NCBI GenBank assembly: GCA_964016885.1
Contig: OZ024740.1
Location: 332,692,001-332,756,000 of the forward strand
DNA from: Eledone cirrhosa
Taxonomy: Eukaryota
DNA: 64,000 nt
Direction of reading: 5' to 3'
The notes under the pieces are model-generated. The model made no database searches, had not been told where the DNA came from, and saw nothing but the letters and a program-made list of their open reading frames with translations. The position numbers and the translations under genes are program-made. This document shows, piece after piece, positions 19,200 through 33,476 of this stretch. How positions within the stretch are numbered: the first letter of the stretch is position 1; every line of letters begins with the position of its first letter.

Positions 19200-21480
19200 T
19201 TCTGACACCTCTATATATATAGGTGAGCTATGAGGCCCTCTTAGCAGCACTTTCCCTTCCACCCACACACGCCAGCCAGCCACCCCTGATGCCGCTCGGT
19301 GCCCCAGTCCCCGGCCACACGTGCCATCCCCCATCCCTCCAAGCCGACACCTGCAGCACTTGCAGCACCACTAACAAACCGAAGAGGAGCCGGAACTGTC
19401 TGGGGTGCGGCTACTTCCACCACCTCACCTGCGTTGGCTTGATTCGTCGAGCTTCGAATGCCCTCGCAGCGTGTAGGTGCAGAAGCTGCCGGTTCCCCAC
19501 GTCTTCCCAGCCACGACCGTCTGGCACACCACCAGCTGGGACAGCGAGCTTGCCTGGCGCCCAAGCCTCGCTGGTCAACATCGCTCGGCTCAGGTGGCTC
19601 CGGAAGATCCCACTCTGGATCCCGAGAGCGGCCCGGGTGCCGGTAGCCGATGCCCTCGCTTCCTCAATTGAGAGCCTCTTGGACTCTAATCGAACCAGTG
19701 ACTGGGAGCGGCTGTTCTATTTCGCCCCACTCGCCCTCGGCCTCCCCAGCTCTGGCGCTGACCGGGGCGGCCGGTCAACAGCAGCCTTCGTCAAGGCCAA
19801 TGTGTCGTCTTTGGGCGAGCGCCCATTCCAAGCGTGCCCAGGGACGCCACACGCCCCGCCCTCAGGTACCACCTATCCTCCACTCCCGAGACCAGCGCCA
19901 AGCGTTTGCGTGACCAGGTAAACGCCAAGCTTATCTTGGGTGATGTCTCGGTCGCAGTCAGAGTTGTTGCCTCAGAGGACACTGTCCTCCAACCCACCGA
20001 GGAGGTCCTGGTTGCTCTGCGGCTCAAACACCCTGAGCCACCCACTGATCTTAGACCCATACTCCCACCCGACTCCCACCTGCTCCTTGTGGCTTATGAT
20101 GCAGACATCATGTCCGCCATCAGGTCCTTCCCAGCTAGCAGCTGCGGAGATGTTGACGGTCTCCGATCAGGCCACCTCGAGGACTTGATATCTCCCCTCT
20201 CCGCTGAGTCCGGGCGCCGCCTTCTGAGTGCAATGTTGGCGCTCACCAATAGGCTCATCCATGGCGCCCTGGACCATTACGACCGAGGCCTCTTTTGTTT
20301 GGCCAATCTCACCGCTCTCAGGAAGAAAGAGGGTGGGCAATGTCTTCCGGAGGCTGGCTGCCAAGGTCATCTACAAGTCCGTAACACACGAACTGGGTGA
20401 GGAGTTTAGCCCGGTGCAACTGGGTGTCGGCGTGTCCGGTGGCTGTGAGGGGGCCGCTCATGCAACCAGACAGTTCTTCAACAGCTGCCCAACGGTACCG
20501 GCATCCAGGGACTCCAAGCACCTTATTGTCACGCTTGACATGACGAATGCCTTCAACTCTTTACGCCGGTATCATCTGCTCGAGGCCTGTCTCAGCCGAG
20601 CCCCCTCTTCCTCCCCACTGGCTTATCTGTCGTATGGAGCCCCGCGCTTGTTCCTTGCTGCTTATACGGTCATACCCTCGGCTCTTGGGGTCCAACAGGG
20701 TGACCCTATGGGACCCCTCCTGTTCGCCCTTGGTATTGACCACATCGCCCGGAGTATCACGGCCCCTCTCAACGTTTGGTATCTGGATAATGCTGCGAGC
20801 TTTGCAGCCTCCGTCTTGGATGTGCAGTCCATTCTCCGCCAGGTTCAGGTGACCCCCAAAGGGGATGTTCTCATCCTCGGGTCACCGATCCACCCACCGG
20901 CCATCCGCTCCACCATCAGGTCCAGGCTTCAACAGCTCCAGACTCTCACGAACCGACTGGGCTTGATTGACGGCCACCCAGCTCTCTTTCTACTGAGGAA
21001 ATGCTTCGCCATGCCGAAGCTCCTCTATACACTCCGCAGCGCTCCGTGCTACACTCAGACATCTCTCCTCGCTGACCTCGATACTTGTATCCGAGCAGCA
21101 ACCGAGGAGATATGCAACGTCAAGTTTGACGACACGGTGGCAACAAGTCACTTTGCCTGTCAGTTATGGTGGCCTTTGCCTCCGGTCCACGATCTCACTA
21201 TCTTTGCCGGCGTATCTTTCGTCGGTAACTTTGTGCCGCGTCCTCGTCAGCAGGGTTCTTCAAAACACAACATAACCCTCTGTGTTTAGAGACCGTGAGG
21301 CCGCCTGTGAAACGTGGGACCGGCTGGGACTTAGCCCAGTAGACGTCCCTCTTCCTTCTCCTCCTGTTGACGTCAAGTTCTCCCAACGCACTTGGGATGC
21401 CATCGAGTGCAGCCTGGCCTCAGACAGGCTCACGCGCCAGCTCGACCAGCACCGCCTTGCTTGTTTTCGTGCGAAGACAA
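19200..21480 (+). mobile_element. CRE-clade-like non-LTR retrotransposon (N-terminal PHD finger + RT), frameshifted and 3'-truncated
   Basis: ORFs 19223-19921, 19834-20400 and 20228-21289: CSTC..CLGCGYFHHLTC..CRSC (C4HC3), IRSFPASSCGDVDGLRSGHLEDL, GNVFRRLAAK, QLGVGVSGGCEGAAH, LDMTNAFNSL, GVQQGDPMGPLLFAL, WYLDN. Clearly GC-rich relative to the flanks. Confidence 0.85.
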
Positions 21481-21781
21481 CAACTGGAAAGTTTGATTTT
21501 CTAGAACTTGATGTTTGCTTAGTATTTCGATATTTAGTTAATTACAGAAGAAATAGACTTATTAAGGACTTTTATTTATATGTCTGACAAAGGGATTGCT
21601 AATAATATCTTATGTATCTTCTGAACCAATTAAAGTGTCAACAGATATATAAGGGCTTTATGCAAATAGCAAACAATTATAACATAACCATTGAAGCACA
21701 ACACAAATAGTTAATACAAAGTCTGACATTGTTTCTGTTCCAAATTAAAAATAGCCGTTGAATTAACGGATAATTAGGAAG

Positions 21782-21820
<39 letters not shown>

Positions 21821-21822
<2 letters not shown>

Positions 21823-22023
21823 GTTATTCCGGGTTGAATCGGAGGTAACCACACTAAGTAAGGTACTCAATACATAGCAGAGTATAACAGTTTTAATATA
21901 GAAGAGATTCTACAGGACTAGAACTGTTTCATTCATTAGAAATCATCAGGAATCAGACCCAGATTCCTGATGATTTCTAATGAATGAAACAGTTCTAGTC
22001 CTGTAGAATCTCTTCTATATTAA

Positions 22024-22027
<4 letters not shown>
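21821..22027 (-). mobile_element. Fold-back mini-element with type I hammerhead (family A, second copy)
   Basis: Reverse orientation of 6933-7120. Arms at about 21889-21954 and 21962-22026. The + arm (21961-22011) reads AGATTC CTGATGA..GAA ACAG..CTGT A GAATCT. (TA)n on both sides. Confidence 0.82.
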
Positions 22028-22071
<44 letters not shown>

Positions 22072-22174
22072 GAACGAATGACAAACACGGATAGAGATAT
22101 GAACTCTCTTCTCTAAATATATCCGCAGGTGAAAAAGCATATTATGCAGAAACTGAACTGGTACCAATATTAAG

Positions 22175-22355
22175 GACGGTGAATTGGCAGTGTCGGTAGA
22201 GGGTCGGACGCCATGCTTTGACGCATAGAGTTACGGCCCTTGCCATTCTGAGTTCAAATCCCGCCGAGGGTGACTTTGCCTTTCATCCTTACGGGGTCGA
22301 TAAAATAACGTACTGGTAAATTACTGGCCTTGTGCCAAAAGTAGAAACAATTATT
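22175..22355 (+). mobile_element. SINE family 1
   Basis: A/B boxes, body and tail match the consensus. Confidence 0.9.
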
Positions 22356-22457
22356 AAATGCGGGAATATCCACTTTATAAATAAATGTTTGGATATTATA
22401 CTGAAAGAATCTCTTCAGCATTTTCTACTGAAAAAATCTTTTTCATCTCTACTATTT

Positions 22458-22570
<113 letters not shown>

Positions 22571-22831
22571 AGAAAAAAGAGAATCAGTGTTGCGACGAAG
22601 GGAATTTATTATATTATATTACAATATTATATTACAAATGTTTCTCGGGCGATCAGCTCGAGGCACGATCGATATGGTGATCACGCCTGACTCTCAATTC
22701 AACACAGTCGTCAGATACGTCTCGATTCTACGAAGCAGATTTTCATATATGTATATATATTTATATATATATATATATATATAAAGATTTACATATACAC
22801 AAACTAAACAAAGTCACAGATATATATATTA

Positions 22832-24500
22832 ACTTTTTTCCCCACTTTACAGTCATGTATGAGCATTTATCTTCGCCAAACTCCATTCCTATATCCTTTG
22901 AGAACGTTGTAACCAAGTCAAGATTTTTCTTCATCCCATCCATGTTCTTGGCATAGAGTTTCAGATCCTCCACAAAGAAGTTATGGCTTAGGTTCGTATT
23001 TCTGTCCTCCTGTGAGCCAATGATGTATCCCTCACATTTCTTGAGCAGAAAGGACAAGGGGCTTAATGACAAGATGAACCATATCACAGAGAGACTATCC
23101 CCCTGAAATATACCCCTGCAATATTTTATTTTATCAGTGAAAATAGAGTCCTCCCTCTCTGTCTTTAACCTTAGGATAGTAGCCCAACAAGAAGACAGCC
23201 TCTCTATGGCTCTGACAATAATGTCTGGGACTTTAGCAAGTTGGAGGGCCTCTATCATCCAAGAGTGGGGAACAGAATCGAAAGCTTTCTTGTAGTCCAG
23301 CCAGACTGTCGTCATATTCCTCCTAAGTTGTCGCACCTCCGACATCGCAGTTTTGTTGATTAGGAGTTGTTCAGCACATCCCCAAACCCTTTTCTTTCCA
23401 GCTGCTTGTTCATCTGTGATGATGTTATTATTTTCACAGTGATCTTGGAGGAATAGGTTCAGGCAGGCTGTATACATCTTATACATCAGGTTCTGACATG
23501 CAATGGGTCGGTAGTTTTTTGCCAAGTGGGTGTCTTTGTTCTTGGGGACCAGTAACGTTTGTGCTAATGTCAACCATTCTGGTATAAGTGTATCTCCCTT
23601 AAGAACTTGTTGGTAGAGGTCAGTAAGATACCTCCGATAGAATATCAGTTTTTTGTACCAGTAGCCGACAATCATGTCTCTTCCTGGTGTTTTCTTATCT
23701 TGGAGTTTTCCTATCACAGTCTCAAGGGTACCCTCACTTATTTCATATGTTTTGGTTGTATTGTAGGAGCAATAGTTCTTTCGGATTTCTCTCAGCCACA
23801 CTGCATCTCGGTTGAAATTCTTCTTTTCACCCCATATCTATGTCTTTCTGGGATGGGGCCTGAGTGACAATTATTATTTTGTCCTTCATATCTCTGATGT
23901 TTGGTTTCGTCTGAATCTTTTATTAAGCACTTTTCTCTCATCTACCTTCTTCAGGTATCGGCGTTTTTCGCTAACAGCTCTCAATTCTTGTTTGAGGGTG
24001 ATCAGCTTATATTGGAGAGTTCTGGTTCTACTGTTACCAAACATCGTCTCTATTTTATTTTTCACTCTTTGTTGGTGAGGAGTGAGGTTTTTTTGTGTTT
24101 GTTTGCATGTAAGGTGCATTATCACATGTCCTATGTTTTTTCGTAGGTCAGCAGTCTCTTTTTTCTATTTTAGTTATATATGATGGTATTTTTGGTGGTG
24201 TTTTGTTCTTGTTAATATCTTTGCTATCACCAATATAATGCTTCACTGTCATTGCTAAAGCATATAAACAGGCGTTGATTTGCCAAAATGTTGGGGTTTT
24301 TATCCGTCGTAAATATTCATCTCCTATTTCGTCAATAACACGTAGTATTTCATTATTTGGCTTTTTATTCACCATTGTCATTTATACATGAGTTAATTTC
24401 TCTCTGGAAGATTTCGTTGAGGGAAATTTTCAATTGTTTATACTTTTGATTATCATTATCGATAGTATTTTCCACAACAGTCGAGGTAGACTCGGATGGT
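22832..24500 (-). mobile_element. R4/Dong-like non-LTR retrotransposon RT fragment, 3'-truncated
   Basis: ORF 22761-23801: KTPGRDMIVGYWYKKL, NYRPIACQNLMYK, WGCAEQLLIN, WLDYKKAFDSVPHSW, RGIFQGDSLS, FFVEDLKLYA, DIGMEFGEDKC. Upstream pieces at 23886-24125 and 24148-24381. The catalytic xxDD motif is degraded to VED. Confidence 0.85.
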
Positions 24501-24572
24501 ATACGTGGTGTCACATTTATTCGATTATTATTATTATTTCCTCGATTATTATTATTATCGATAGTGTTTTCC

Positions 24573-24679
<107 letters not shown>

Positions 24680-25705
24680 GCGAAATAGAAGTAGAGAGAG
24701 AGAGTGAAAAACTAAAAATGAAAGAAGGAAAGATGATATTGAGGATTGCGCTTCTAAACAAAAATACCTTTCTTAGAGCCTAACGAAAATGTTTATGGCT
24801 TTAGTCAACTAGTCACATTTCAGTAAGATGCAACTAATAATACACACACTTTCTCTCATCAAGCCATATGGAACTAATGTCGAATAATTCAGGTGAGCAG
24901 CACAATTATCTTATAGAAATCCATATTTCAAAGAAGTGAGATGAAAAGCAAATCGTACTGCGATATATTAAAATTCTCAAGAAGCAGACCTTAGATACGC
25001 GATTTAGTTCTCATTGAAGGGTTCAGCTTCTTTTTCGTAGACCTAGCACTTTCATGATATAATGAATTATTTTGTTGAATATCCTTATTCTCACGCAATT
25101 GTTACAGCACATACTAGGCATGGTATCCATTCCGTTATATATATTTTAAAACTAGACTCAATGATATTGTCCCTACGATTTTCCCTAGCGCAAGCAGTAT
25201 GTGATCTATATTAACACCACGTAAAAAAGTATGTATTTTAAATCTTGGTAGCTGATACTTACCATTTCGCTATCACCCACAATCACTTTATAATGACGAA
25301 ATATAATAAACGTACACGTAAAAGCGCAAGCATACATAAGTACCTACACATTTAGACGCATATTATACAAACAAACACAATACACACACTCATATATAGT
25401 ACAGTATACATTACATCACGAGTTTTCTTTTAATGAAAATGTAATCGGTGAATATTTTACTATATGGCCTCTCAACAATAGAAAAACGCTTTAGTAGGTA
25501 AGATAGGTTAATATTCCTCACATGATATATATATTTACTATAGAAGGTATTTCAACGTATCTTACTAATACCTCTTTCTGTTAGTATTATGATTAGTAAA
25601 ATGATTCCTGATTACATTTTTCTTGCAATACATTTTTAGATGCAATATATATATATATATATATATATAAATATGTACACGTTAAATTATTATGTTCGGT
25701 TATAT

Positions 25706-26866
25706 GGGTGCCTTGCTCAATTTATTTGAAAACTATGTCATGTCTGTGTTTAAATAATATTTTCATCTCGGTGTTTTCTACAGAGCTCATCAAATGTTTT
25801 TAAAAACACATTTTTAGTAGCTCTGATTATCATCTCTTTTCAAGTAAATCATGGCAGACATCATCCTAACTCAGAAAATGAAAAGACAGAGCAGATGGCT
25901 TTAGAGTTTCGTCGCTTCCAGAAAGTTACAGGGTCATTTATTGTGAAAGTTTGTAAAGATTTGAATAGTGCTGATGGGTATTTTACAAAGGTGGCCTGAC
26001 ATCAAACGCCTTCTTATGGGGCTAGTCCCATTAGAACACGATGACCTATACCAAAAGTGCATAATATTATCCTTAAGTACACCAGGAAGACAATTAGCAT
26101 AATTTTTATGGAGGTCAGTTCAAGGCACACAATCGAAAGTAGTGTGCATGAGTACCATCGGTACCAGTTTTATCTGCGCAAAGAGCCTACTGAGCATGTT
26201 GAAATGCTCTGTTTTTATATGATGAGGAATATTTCGATGAGGACCTAAAGATCAACTGAAGGAATGACGAATGGTTATGCATGAGATTAAAGTCGTTCCT
26301 CCACTCACGTACACAAAATTCGGCAACTTCAATGGTTCTAGCAGTCGATATCAATGAGGGTCATGGCCTGCCGCCTCAACATTTTACTTCAGGTATTAAG
26401 GCTCAGTGCTGCTGAGATGTCGGAGAGGGTTGTGATGTCTTCGACAGAGAGCGTGAGCTAAGAAAAACAGCACACTTATCAACAAGATATGTGCCGTCTC
26501 ATAAGGACAAGGTGACCCAATAATGTGTGAGTTACAATCTCCAGCTCTCCAGGCCTGAAAGCATTGAACAACTATATAAAAAGGGAAGTCAATCAACGCC
26601 CCTATCATACTATACAATTTGTGATAAACGCCATACCTAGCACAATGTGCAAAGTACGTAAAGATAATCTGAACCGGTCATATCAACGTTTCAGAAATCG
26701 TATTGATGCAGTCATCGGTGCTAATGGTGAATTCATTGAATGGATGCTTCTAGAGGGGTCTCGAGAATATACATGTCGAATGTAGTCTTAAATATAGTTA
26801 TTATTTAATGACTTAGTCAACTTTAACTGAGTGCATGCAGCTGTACACATAGAATTGAGCAAGCCT
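25706..26866 (+). mobile_element. Tc1/mariner-superfamily (maT/DD37D-like) DNA transposon fossil
   Basis: ORF 26564-26785 contains YQRFRNRIDAVIGANGEFIE, a transposase C-terminus. An SSPGL remnant lies at about 26544. Short inverted termini CTTGCTCAATT (~25712) and AATTGAGCAAG (~26853). Confidence 0.7.
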
Positions 26867-27299
26867 TTAGTGATTTACTATATTTTAGTTTGTCATGATG
26901 GTGGAAAACCAACGAGATTTTCATGTTTGAGTCGCTGTTTGTGATACGTCTTCCTTTTCCCTACACTACGAACCTGTTCTATTTTGTATGCCGTCTTTGG
27001 ATTTCTACATTATCCTCTCTGCACCATATAATATATACTAAATTTCATAAAATACAAGCCAAATAATTATTATTTACATTATTTGCATTATTGAGGTTAA
27101 TTAATTTAAACGAACTTTCAGTGAGCATCATCACTTAATACGGAGATACGTGTACGGTTGTAAAATGTAACAATAGTCGAGTTGTTAGTATTAATTTTAT
27201 AATACTAATATATATTGTAGGAAACGTTATACATAGTTTGGTTTTATCAGACTTCCTATTTAATTTCCATGTCGAGAATCACTTAATTGTTTATGTGTT

Positions 27300-28000
27300 T
27301 CAAACTCATTTCATTTTCTGGATTAAAATCTCACTTTTTTCTATTAGCTATCGAAAAGCAAGCAAAATATGCAGCTTGACTGATATCTCACAAACAAGCG
27401 TGAACATATGCTGATGAGAAAAACTAATTGTTAAGGACTCATATACGGCGAATATCACCTAAGAGCATATTGAAATTGCTTTTAGAGGCTATTAACACAT
27501 TAAAGTTAATTACACTGCAGTAACCTCCTTTAGGTCAGATCAATACAAATCTAATTTTGAGATTTAAATATTTTCAAACAGATGATTTCTGTTATTTTCT
27601 TTGAAGATTAACACCCCCAGAGTCCTCTGTCTGGGTGTTTATTCATTGGTTTCAGAACAACATAATGGTGAGTGTTGATGCGAGACAAATATTTAAATAA
27701 AACTATATATAAATCTGATAAAGAATAGAAAGCAGGATATAATGATAATGTATAATCACGTTGTAACAATGTTTTGTTTTCTTTAGTATATTTTATACCC
27801 TTGTAATATAAAACAAGTTATATTAATTGACAGTGAAAAGCTACAAATATTTTAATTGAATAGAGAAATCTGCATTTATGTGGTTTCTGGTGATAATTTA
27901 GTCGTACAGTGATTACTTTATGAACAAGCAATTCCGTCATCGATAGAGTTCCATATATTGAATCTCATGACAACTTTAATCCTTTGTAAATACTAGCATT
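27300..28000 (+). pseudogene. LRR gene relic
   Basis: CSLTDIS (~27370), HIEIAFRGY*HIKV (~27466), TNLILRFKYF and IEKSAFM (~27860) are LRR-like fragments with stops. Confidence 0.35.
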
Positions 28001-28099
28001 GTTTGAATAGTGAAATTTTTCAATTAAATTGAAACGTACTGAAGTAGTAACAGTGTTTTGCACACACACCGACACACACGGTCGTGCAACCATATACTA

Positions 28100-28169
<70 letters not shown>

Positions 28170-28218
28170 GACATATATATATATACATATATACATATCT
28201 ACATATATACATATGTAC

Positions 28219-28258
<40 letters not shown>

Positions 28259-28311
28259 GCATACATGTGTGTGTATGTTTGTTTGTATGTATATATATAT
28301 ATATACGTATA

Positions 28312-28381
<70 letters not shown>

Positions 28382-29487
28382 CATCTGTGCACGCACGCAT
28401 GTCTGTGTGTGCATGTAAATTAATAGCCCCTCAATGTTTATGTCATGAACACTCCCAATTAATTACTACCCACCCACACGACTGCATTACACACAAATTA
28501 TACACAGATTACAACCGGGGCGTGCAACATCACACTATCTGCTAAAATGAGCGAGAGTGAACGGACATTAAAGATTAAAATGAACATAAAATAGAAAACA
28601 GAAATGGAACAATTTAAAACATTGTCCTTCAGGTTAAAATTGATATTCTACTCAACAACACACTTAATTCTTTATATTGTTTCTTTCCAACAATAGCTGA
28701 GATATATCTCGAGGTAAATTTACTAATTGTATTCACTTCAATGGAGGTGAAAAATAATCAGTATTGAATACATTTCATTGTATGTATTTATTTGTTCTTT
28801 CCATAAGGTGATAAATATCGTCTCCTTCAGTTCATGCTTAAAATAACATGAATAATTACTTTGAGAATAAGAAGAGAAAATCTATGTTTTGTGTGCAGGA
28901 ATTGATTCTATTTAAATAAAATATCATCTAGTTTCATTTCTTCTTTTGTTTAAAAGTTCCTTTTTTCCAATGAAACATAATTGAAGTTAAGATATCCTGA
29001 GTGATATACATCATAAGTATTCTAATATGGCAGAAGTTGCTATAAAACATTTATTATGGATGCATACATAAAACTTCACTCACACTCACGTACATATACA
29101 TTCACACATTTATACAACGTATAGAACAATGTGACCAAGATTGCTCACTAACAACATATGCTTCCTTTCCCATCGACAATCTTACCGATTACTCTCTTTC
29201 CTTTCATTCATCTATATTCGCTCCTCATCTTTCTCTCAAGCAACCAAATTTCTCTCCCATTTTGGCACCCGAGGAAGGACTAACGTCGGATGAGTTCAGA
29301 TTCTTTCTCAAATATATCAAGCACTAATCTAATATGGTATAATTATATTGTTTTCCTTTCTTCTCTTTTTTGTTGACGTTTCCCATACATACATAGAAAC
29401 ATACATAGAAACATACACGCACACATATATAGATAAATGTAATGTGGAAAGTGATATATGTAAAAATGATAACCAATGCAAATTGCA

Positions 29488-29616
<129 letters not shown>

Positions 29617-29730
29617 TATATATAGATATACATATATGTTTGTGTGCGTGTGTGTAGTTATAATAATTTAGTAGAAATCTCAATGATATACAGCAACTCA
29701 AGCCTGCGGGTCTATTTTAAATACATTATT

Positions 29731-29890
29731 GGATTGGCATTATCTGTAGAGGGTCGGACAGCATGCTGCTTTGCAGCTTAGATTTGCGACACTTTATGGT
29801 CTGAGATCCATTCCCGTCAAGGTTAACTTTGCCTTTCATCGTTATGGGGTCGATGAAATAAAACACCAGTAATACACGTAGGTAATTGCC
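29731..29890 (+). mobile_element. Diverged SINE family 1 copy
   Basis: GGATTGGCA..GTAGAGGGTCGGAC..GGTTAACTTTGCCTTTCATC..GGGGTCGAT. Confidence 0.8.
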
Positions 29891-31236
29891 TAATGACGAA
29901 AAAAATTACCATTTAGGCCATTAATACAACGAAGACGTTCCAAGATAACATGAATACATGATGCGTTGGTTATATCAACTTATGAATTTGAGACAAACAA
30001 CACGTTTGCGTCAGCTATCATTACCAAGTATATATATATATATATGAATATAAATGTTGAAGAGGACTTACCTGTTAGACTTATTGCACCTTCGAAATCA
30101 GATCTTGGAATAATTAGTAAAAACATAATAGATAGGATTTTGCTAACGTTAAAATTTAGGTCAAGGCTTAACCTATGTAAGCGCACTAGATTTGTTCAAT
30201 GATATCGAAAATAAGAAAAATCATAAATTCATTCAAATGGACATAGCGAGTTATTATTCCTCTATAACTCCTAACTTACTAAATAAGGCGCTTTCTTATG
30301 CATATACACACACGGATCTATCTAGTGACGAGATAAATATCATTTTAACGGCAAGGCGAACCTTGATTGATTTTAATAATGATTTTGGACTAGATCTGAT
30401 AGGCTGAAGAATTTGACATTACTATGGGCTCGTCTGATTCGGGGCAAGTTACCGATCTTGTGGGAATTTTCATCCTTAATATGATGAATAGAAAACTGCT
30501 GGAGATTACCGGTGGTTTATATAGAGACGACATATTATTTACTGTAGATAGACATAATAATAGCGAATTAAATAGTGTAAAGAAAGTAATTATAGAATTC
30601 TTTAAAAATTATGACGTGAAATTAGAAGTAGAAAATAACAATAAAATAGTTAATTTTTTAGATGTAACTCTTAATTTGAACTCAGGCCTCTATTACCCCT
30701 TCCATAAACTCAATGAAAACTTAAATTATGTTAGTTTTTACTCTAATCATTCTAAAAGTGTTAAAATGCAATAGTCAACAGTGTCCAACAACGAATATCC
30801 AGATTATCTGCTAATAGATCCATATTTAATAGTAAAGCAGTATATTATAATGAAGCGTTACAAAAAGCAGGATATAAAAATAATATTGAATATGTAGAAA
30901 AAAATAATATTAATTTTAATCGCAGTATTCATAATAACAATAATGGAATTGACTGTAAAAACAACTTGAGGAATAAATTGGGGAAAAGAATAAGGACTAG
31001 ATCTATAATTTGGTATGCTCCGCCAGCATCTTTAGCTATTAAAACACCTTTAGCACATTTACCTTTTAAAGTCTTGGATAGATGTTTCCCTAGATTACAT
31101 AAGTATTGTTCTATCTTTAATAGACACACAGCTAAACTCTCTTATTCAACAACTATGAATATTGCTCAAAATATAGCAAAAATAAATAGTAAAAATGTTA
31201 ACTTGAACCAGCATATAATTAGCGATAATAACAATA

Positions 31237-31428
31237 ATAATTGTTTCTACTATTGGCACAAGGCCAGCAATTACCTAGTTCATTACTGGTACTTTATGTT
31301 ATCGACCCCGTAAGGATGAAAGGCAAAGTTAACCTCGGCGGGATTTGAACTCAGAATGGCAAGAGCCGTAACTCTGTGCGTCAAAGCATGGCGTCCGACC
31401 CTCTACTGATACTGCCAATTCACGGCCC
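31237..31428 (-). mobile_element. SINE family 1 inserted in the PLE linker (AAT)n
   Basis: Full reverse-complement match to the consensus. Confidence 0.92.
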
Positions 31429-31430
31429 TA

Positions 31431-31465
<35 letters not shown>

Positions 31466-32569
31466 GAATAGTTTAGGTTATAGAAATAACATCGAAATGA
31501 ATTGTAACTGTAGAAGGAAACCTGAATGCCCTTTACAAAATAACTGCCTTGACAAGAATCTAATATATAAATATAATAATACATATGACTATACTGGTGT
31601 CACTTCATCTAAGTTTAAGTTTCGCTTTTACAATCATAAACATTCTTTTCTAATCCAGATAAAACATTTTCTACATCACTCTCACAATTAATATGGTCTT
31701 TGAAGGAAAAAATATCAAATACTCAATTTCTTGGAGTAAATTAAATACTTTTCGTTCCTACCGAAATGCATCCATTTCACCAAATTGCAATCTTTGCAAT
31801 TTAGAGATTGTATTGATAATTACAAATTATGGTAATTTAATTATTAAGAAAAATGAGTTATTTAGCAGCTGTCAGCATAAGTCTGCAAGAACTTTTCAAG
31901 CATTATACAAATTTTGAAAAAATATTGACTATTTATAATTCTTAAAAAATTATATATATAACCTTTTGCTTTACTGGTAAACATTCTTTGTCGTTTTTAT
32001 CTAGTAAATTAATTTCATGATGTGTATCAGTATCCTATGTTTGGATTTAGAAAGGTTATTGTTTAACTAGAAATTTCTTGATTTGTGGTTTGAAATATAT
32101 TTTGGTTTTCAGAATACTTAAATATTTTAAATGTTCACATATGATGAACGAGTTATCTTCCTTTGTTTACATTCTTCGTAAATAATTTTGTTCTATCCGA
32201 ATAGCTTGCTAAAGTATATTTAACATAATTTATACAGTTTAATAATATATGGTAATCCTTAAAGGGAAACTATATATAATAATAAGTAATTATGGAAGTA
32301 AATTAGAAATATTAAATATAATTCATCCTGTAATCAAATGACAGTCAATGAATTGAAATGATTTTATAAAGAAAATAGAATAATTCAAATAACAAATGAT
32401 CTTAATATAATATAAAATATATATATACTGATGGTGATATATGCATATGTTTTAATAAATATCTTTATACATATTTAATAATTATTTAAATATGCTTTAA
32501 AGATAAAAATGTTTTTAAATGTTGTAACAAAATATTAAATGAATATATTACTTAATTAAACTATGTATC

Positions 32570-32805
32570 AGATTTGTTGGCCACTGTTGGCGCAGCAAGA
32601 ATGAAATAGAAGGTGATGTGTTGTTATGGAGTCAATCTCATGGAGCAAGAAACGCTAGTCGTCCCAAGAAGACATACGTCAAGCAACTTGAGGACGATAC
32701 TGGATGCACTGCGGAGGAACTGGCAAACGCTATGAGAGACATAGATAGATGGAGGAAACGTGTCGTAGAAAGCCGAGCAAGCTCGAGCTGATGATGATGA
32801 TTTGA
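32570..32805 (+). mobile_element. RTE-clade LINE 3' end with (TGA)n tail, nested in the PLE 3' region
   Basis: RFVGHCWRSKNE..LLW..HG.R..RPKKTYVKQLEDDTG..L.NAMRD..RWRKRV* followed by TGATGATGATGA. Confidence 0.85.
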
Positions 32806-33307
32806 TGGCTATAGAAAATATTTATATATGGTTTAATTTTGATATAATATATAAGTATAATTAGCTTAAACATAACCAAATACAAAAGATATTAAAAATT
32901 TCATGTTATTTAATTGGTTGCCTCAATTTGACTTAATATTTGAAAACAACGGCCTTTATACCTTTCCACATCATTTCTTTGTTTCTTTATTGTTGTTATT
33001 TCTTCTTTCTTCCTCTCTCGTATTTCTCTGTTCCTTTTTCCTTTTATATATTTATTCCCTAATACTTCTATTTACTCATTTAAATATTTATGTATGTATG
33101 TATGTGTTTATTTATTGTCGTCTTCCATTTCCTCATATTAACCCCCTCCATATATCCATATCAAGCTCCACATCCTCTTCTTCTTTAAATTTAAGTTTAT
33201 CATGTTAATATTTGTGGTACATAAATGTTGAGATTTGTTGTAATAAATCACTGCCAATGCTGGAATTGAACTTTCAAGACCGTTGAGGTAAGTCATACAT
33301 CAATTCA

Positions 33308-33376
33308 TGTATTTTATCTGACGAGAACGTACTGAAAAAACAGCACAGTACATTCGAAATATATATAATAAAACAT
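33308..33376 (+). ncRNA. Type I hammerhead ribozyme motif at the PLE 3' end
   Basis: TTTTAT CTGACGA GAAcGTACTG-loop-CAGTACaTTC GAAA TATATA TA ATAAAA. Stems I and II and a palindromic minimal stem III are present. Confidence 0.75.
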
Positions 33377-33418
33377 ATATTTTGATTATGTGAAAGTTCT
33401 TCATTTATTATTATTCTG

Positions 33419-33471
<53 letters not shown>

Positions 33472-33476
<5 letters not shown>

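Larger units (their letters stand above)
29900..33423 (+). mobile_element. Penelope-like retroelement (RT + GIY-YIG, Naiad-like), disrupted
   Basis: RLIAPSKSDLGIISK, FIQMDIASYYSSI, MGSSDSGQVTDLVG, GLYRDDIL, NFLDVTLNL, IIWYAPP, CNCRRKPECPL (CxCx5C), IYK..YTG..FKFRFYNH, CNLCNLE..CQH. Long AT-rich 3' region ending in an HHR and (TA)n. Confidence 0.9.

Noticed and set aside
22631-22720. Minus-strand CTGACGA ... GAAACATTTGTA as a hammerhead
   Set aside because: Stem II does not close at the core and stem I is only about 4 bp. It may be degenerate but is not supportable.
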